Assembly: GCA_032718475.1 (NCBI GenBank)
Contig: JAUCBJ010000848.1
Coordinates: 1-32,095, forward strand
Source: Nemertoderma westbladi
Taxonomy: Eukaryota; Animalia; Xenacoelomorpha
Length of the DNA stretch: 32,095 bases
Reading direction: 5' to 3'
In this document: piece after piece, positions 29,413 to 32,095 of the stretch
Position numbering within the stretch: position 1 is the stretch's first letter
Layout: each line of letters opens with the position of its first letter
Translations under genes and position numbers: made by a program
Notes under the pieces: model-generated
Told to the model about the DNA's origin: nothing
The model's database searches: none
Seen by the model: the letters and a program-made list of their open reading frames with translations, nothing else

Positions 29413-30982
29413 ATGTTTATGCCTTTAATTGCGCACTTACTTCCTACCTTTTGATCGGCAAGATTTATGTGGTCATTCAACTTACAAGCTTGAAAACAAA
29501 AGGCACTATCATTAAGGGCATGCCATTAATGACTAATAATCTAAGTAATTTAGACTAGTAATCTAGAAAGGTATCATCCATAATTGAAATTTAATATTTG
29601 TTCAGTAGTGAACAAATGCTTTACCCACAGTTTCATCCTTATGTCATTAGCAGTTCCTGAATTATTCTGAATCAGTGCATGCTATAATGTTAACGCGTGT
29701 AAATCTGTTCATTATAGGACAGTCAATTACATTATGAATAACAAAAGTACCTCAATCACACATACGATTTTAGATTTTTAGTCACCTTCTGCATATAATG
29801 AAAATTGCATATATTGTTCCTAAAATGTTGATTGTTAGTTGTACCTATCACGTAGGTGCGCCCACTCCTTTTCTAAAACACGAATCTAGGTCAACCCACT
29901 TTTACTAAAATCTCTATATCCCTAAAAAAATTTACGGGTTGGAACTTTCCTTTATTCATCAGCGGAATATATCAAATTGACATTGCAGTTTTGTCGCACC
30001 ACAGTGATAGTTATACCGGTACCTACCTAACCTACTCTTCTTAATTGCCAAAATCAATTTTGGCCTATGCATCTGACTGTTGATTATCAAGCTGTTGTTT
30101 CTCAATCAAATTGGGTTTTCTAGAATACTCCTAAGTCTCGTTTATTGTTTTGGTTCCTTTCAACCCGCCTTTGTAATCAGCTTCTTTACTAATCTGTCTT
30201 TAAGTCGTTATAGGTGTGGAGGCCTTTTCCCGCATGATTATGTGTACGCGGGGGTTGTTTTTGAGGATTTGCTGAGATTAGCACGCTTTCTTCGGATATG
30301 ACTCCTTTTTACATTATAAGTGTTATCAGGGTCAGTGTGTCGATTGATTGTTTGGTTTCTAGTTGGAGATATTGGTAGTAATTAATTCCTAATTACTTTG
30401 AAAGTAGATTTCGTGTAACAGCAGAATATTATTATAGGGTGTTATGTTATGTTATATTGAAGTTCTGAATTTCATAATATGTATAATATTTTAAAATGTA
30501 AGTCAACTCTAAAATTTAAATTCAAATGTTATGTAGTTTAATATTAGGCGAAGAGTTTTTGTTTTCTGTGACGGACTACTATTGCGTGCTCACCATGTTA
30601 TATAAATAACAAATATTATTTTTTTATATGGAATTTATCGTAGTTGGTTTTCAATCAATTAACTTTATATCATATTTTATATCAAGCTGAGCTTTTTCCT
30701 TCAAATTACTTTACCAATCAACTGGGGTATTTTCAATCCTAATTTTCCCCATTCCCCCATGAATGGGTCTCACCTTGGCGTGATAGTTTCTTGTATTTAC
30801 ATGATGTAGTATAGTTCTGGGGCCACACTAGTATAAGTTAAGTAGTAGAAACTACTGAGAAATCTTTACATTACTTTTACAAGGATATATTTTTGAGAGG
30901 GTCTACAGTGTTGTCTACAGTCCCAGTATCATTATTATTTGTTGAAATAGAATTTGCTATGCAAATTCAAAAGACAATAATA

Positions 30983-31152
30983 CACTGTTGTGTCCCTAGG
31001 CAAGAAACTTTAGACGTTCGTGCTTACGCCAACCAAGTGGTGCAATGGGAACTTGGCTTTGCTAGGGGGAATAATAATAATAATAGCGCTTTGAGTATGC
31101 CGAACATAGAAAAGCGATATATAATTAATAAATATTATTATTATTATTATTA
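30983..31152 (+). mobile_element. 5'-truncated copy of the same SINE family as 25196-25494
   Basis: CACTGTTGTGTCCCTAGGCAAGAAACTTTAGAC...AGCGCTTTGAGTATGCCGAACATAGAAAAGCGATATATAA plus (ATT)n. Confidence 0.88.
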
Positions 31153-31229
31153 CTTCGATAGATGTTACTGTTTGCCTTTCATAGTCTAACTTATAGTTAT
31201 TAGAAATAACAACAACTTGAAATAAATTC

Positions 31230-31450
31230 CCGGCAAGACACGTCAGGTTGTCGTGCCTGTAGGGTGGTGCTGGGTTCTGGCTATAAGATGTTACTACTAA
31301 GATTGTACATTGATTCGTTTGTTAAGATTAGCGATTCGTGTTTCGCATTGAATCCTGGTGTATATTCCTTCTAGGACTCTGGGTTGTATGCTGTAAAGAG
31401 CCCAACAGGGGCTGCCCTACAGCAGCATAGTCTCTACCAGTGGTAATACC
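31230..31450 (-). mobile_element. Highly degenerate RTE-clade LINE fragment
   Basis: LVETMLL*GSPCWAL...LEGIYTR...LTNESMYN...PSTTL parallels the other RTE copies. Confidence 0.55.
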
Positions 31451-32095
31451 GACTCTATTCATTCAATAGGAAGAGGACAGGAAGATGGAACCAATAAACC
31501 GACTGCAGTATGTAATGCTCCAACCTCATTCTGTATGGACAACACAGCAACAGCACATGTCAACACTTATTACGCACACCATATAAACTACTTCATAAAA
31601 AAATTCCTGTCGTTTTTCCAGTAAATCGTTGTCCGCATCTTCAATTAGCTACCCTATGGCTATACAATATATAACAACTGACAGTTCCTTTTTAGTAGTC
31701 CCAGAAACAAAGCAGGGTTAATTATTTATGCCAAGGAAATGTTCTCGCATTGTAAATATCACAATTACCTTGAGGCCGAAATGAAATTTTGCGAATGATT
31801 GAGTTTTCGAATGAATTTCATATGAGTCTGGGAGGGCAGGTAATCATGAAACCTTGTGATACAACTGGAACCAATTAAATTGACTAATTATTATTACCAA
31901 TTATCTTATTGGTTAGTCTTATTTCTCCAATTGTTATGAAACGTTTTAGGTTTGAATTGAATTCTAACTTTACGCAGAACATATATAATGAGATATATAA
32001 TGATATATTGGTTATTGAAATGTTTTGATTTAAGTTAATTTATATATTATATAACGAATTTGTGGAATTATTAAAATAACTAACTTGCGTTTTAT

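Noticed and set aside
29450-30950. ORF 30080-30301 and the surrounding AT-rich sequence
   Set aside because: No recognisable motifs, repeats or consistent splice pattern on either strand.

Overview
AT-rich eukaryotic DNA, probably from an invertebrate animal, made almost entirely of transposable elements, many of them nested. It shows no prokaryotic genes, rRNA or CRISPR. From left to right: a perfect 177-bp-arm foldback (157-562); a candidate signal-peptide exon; an old RTE LINE split by a near-full-length two-ORF CR1 element (1462-6339, minus); and a P-superfamily/THAP foldback element with an 8-bp TSD (6758-8024). Next is a 14-kb four-level nest: a Mutator-like element (8162-22327) holds an inverted pair of Penelope elements with hammerhead-like motifs (8973-21651), which holds a decayed RTE-X-like LINE (10179-19766), which holds a young LINE (11448-18555). 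The innermost LINE is the most notable object. Its ORF1 joins a Ulp1/SENP-like (peptidase C48) cysteine-protease domain to a coiled coil and an RRM-like ORF1p core, behind a Ser/Thr-rich repeat region. Its APE-RT ORF2 is open, and its long 3' UTR holds a 129-bp tandem array. The right third has a truncated LINE with a 14-bp TSD, a scrambled BEL/Pao remnant with a tRNA-Lys PBS, more RTE copies, tRNA-derived SINEs and a candidate spliced (pseudo)gene. All domain and clade calls come from motif recognition by eye; no database search was run.
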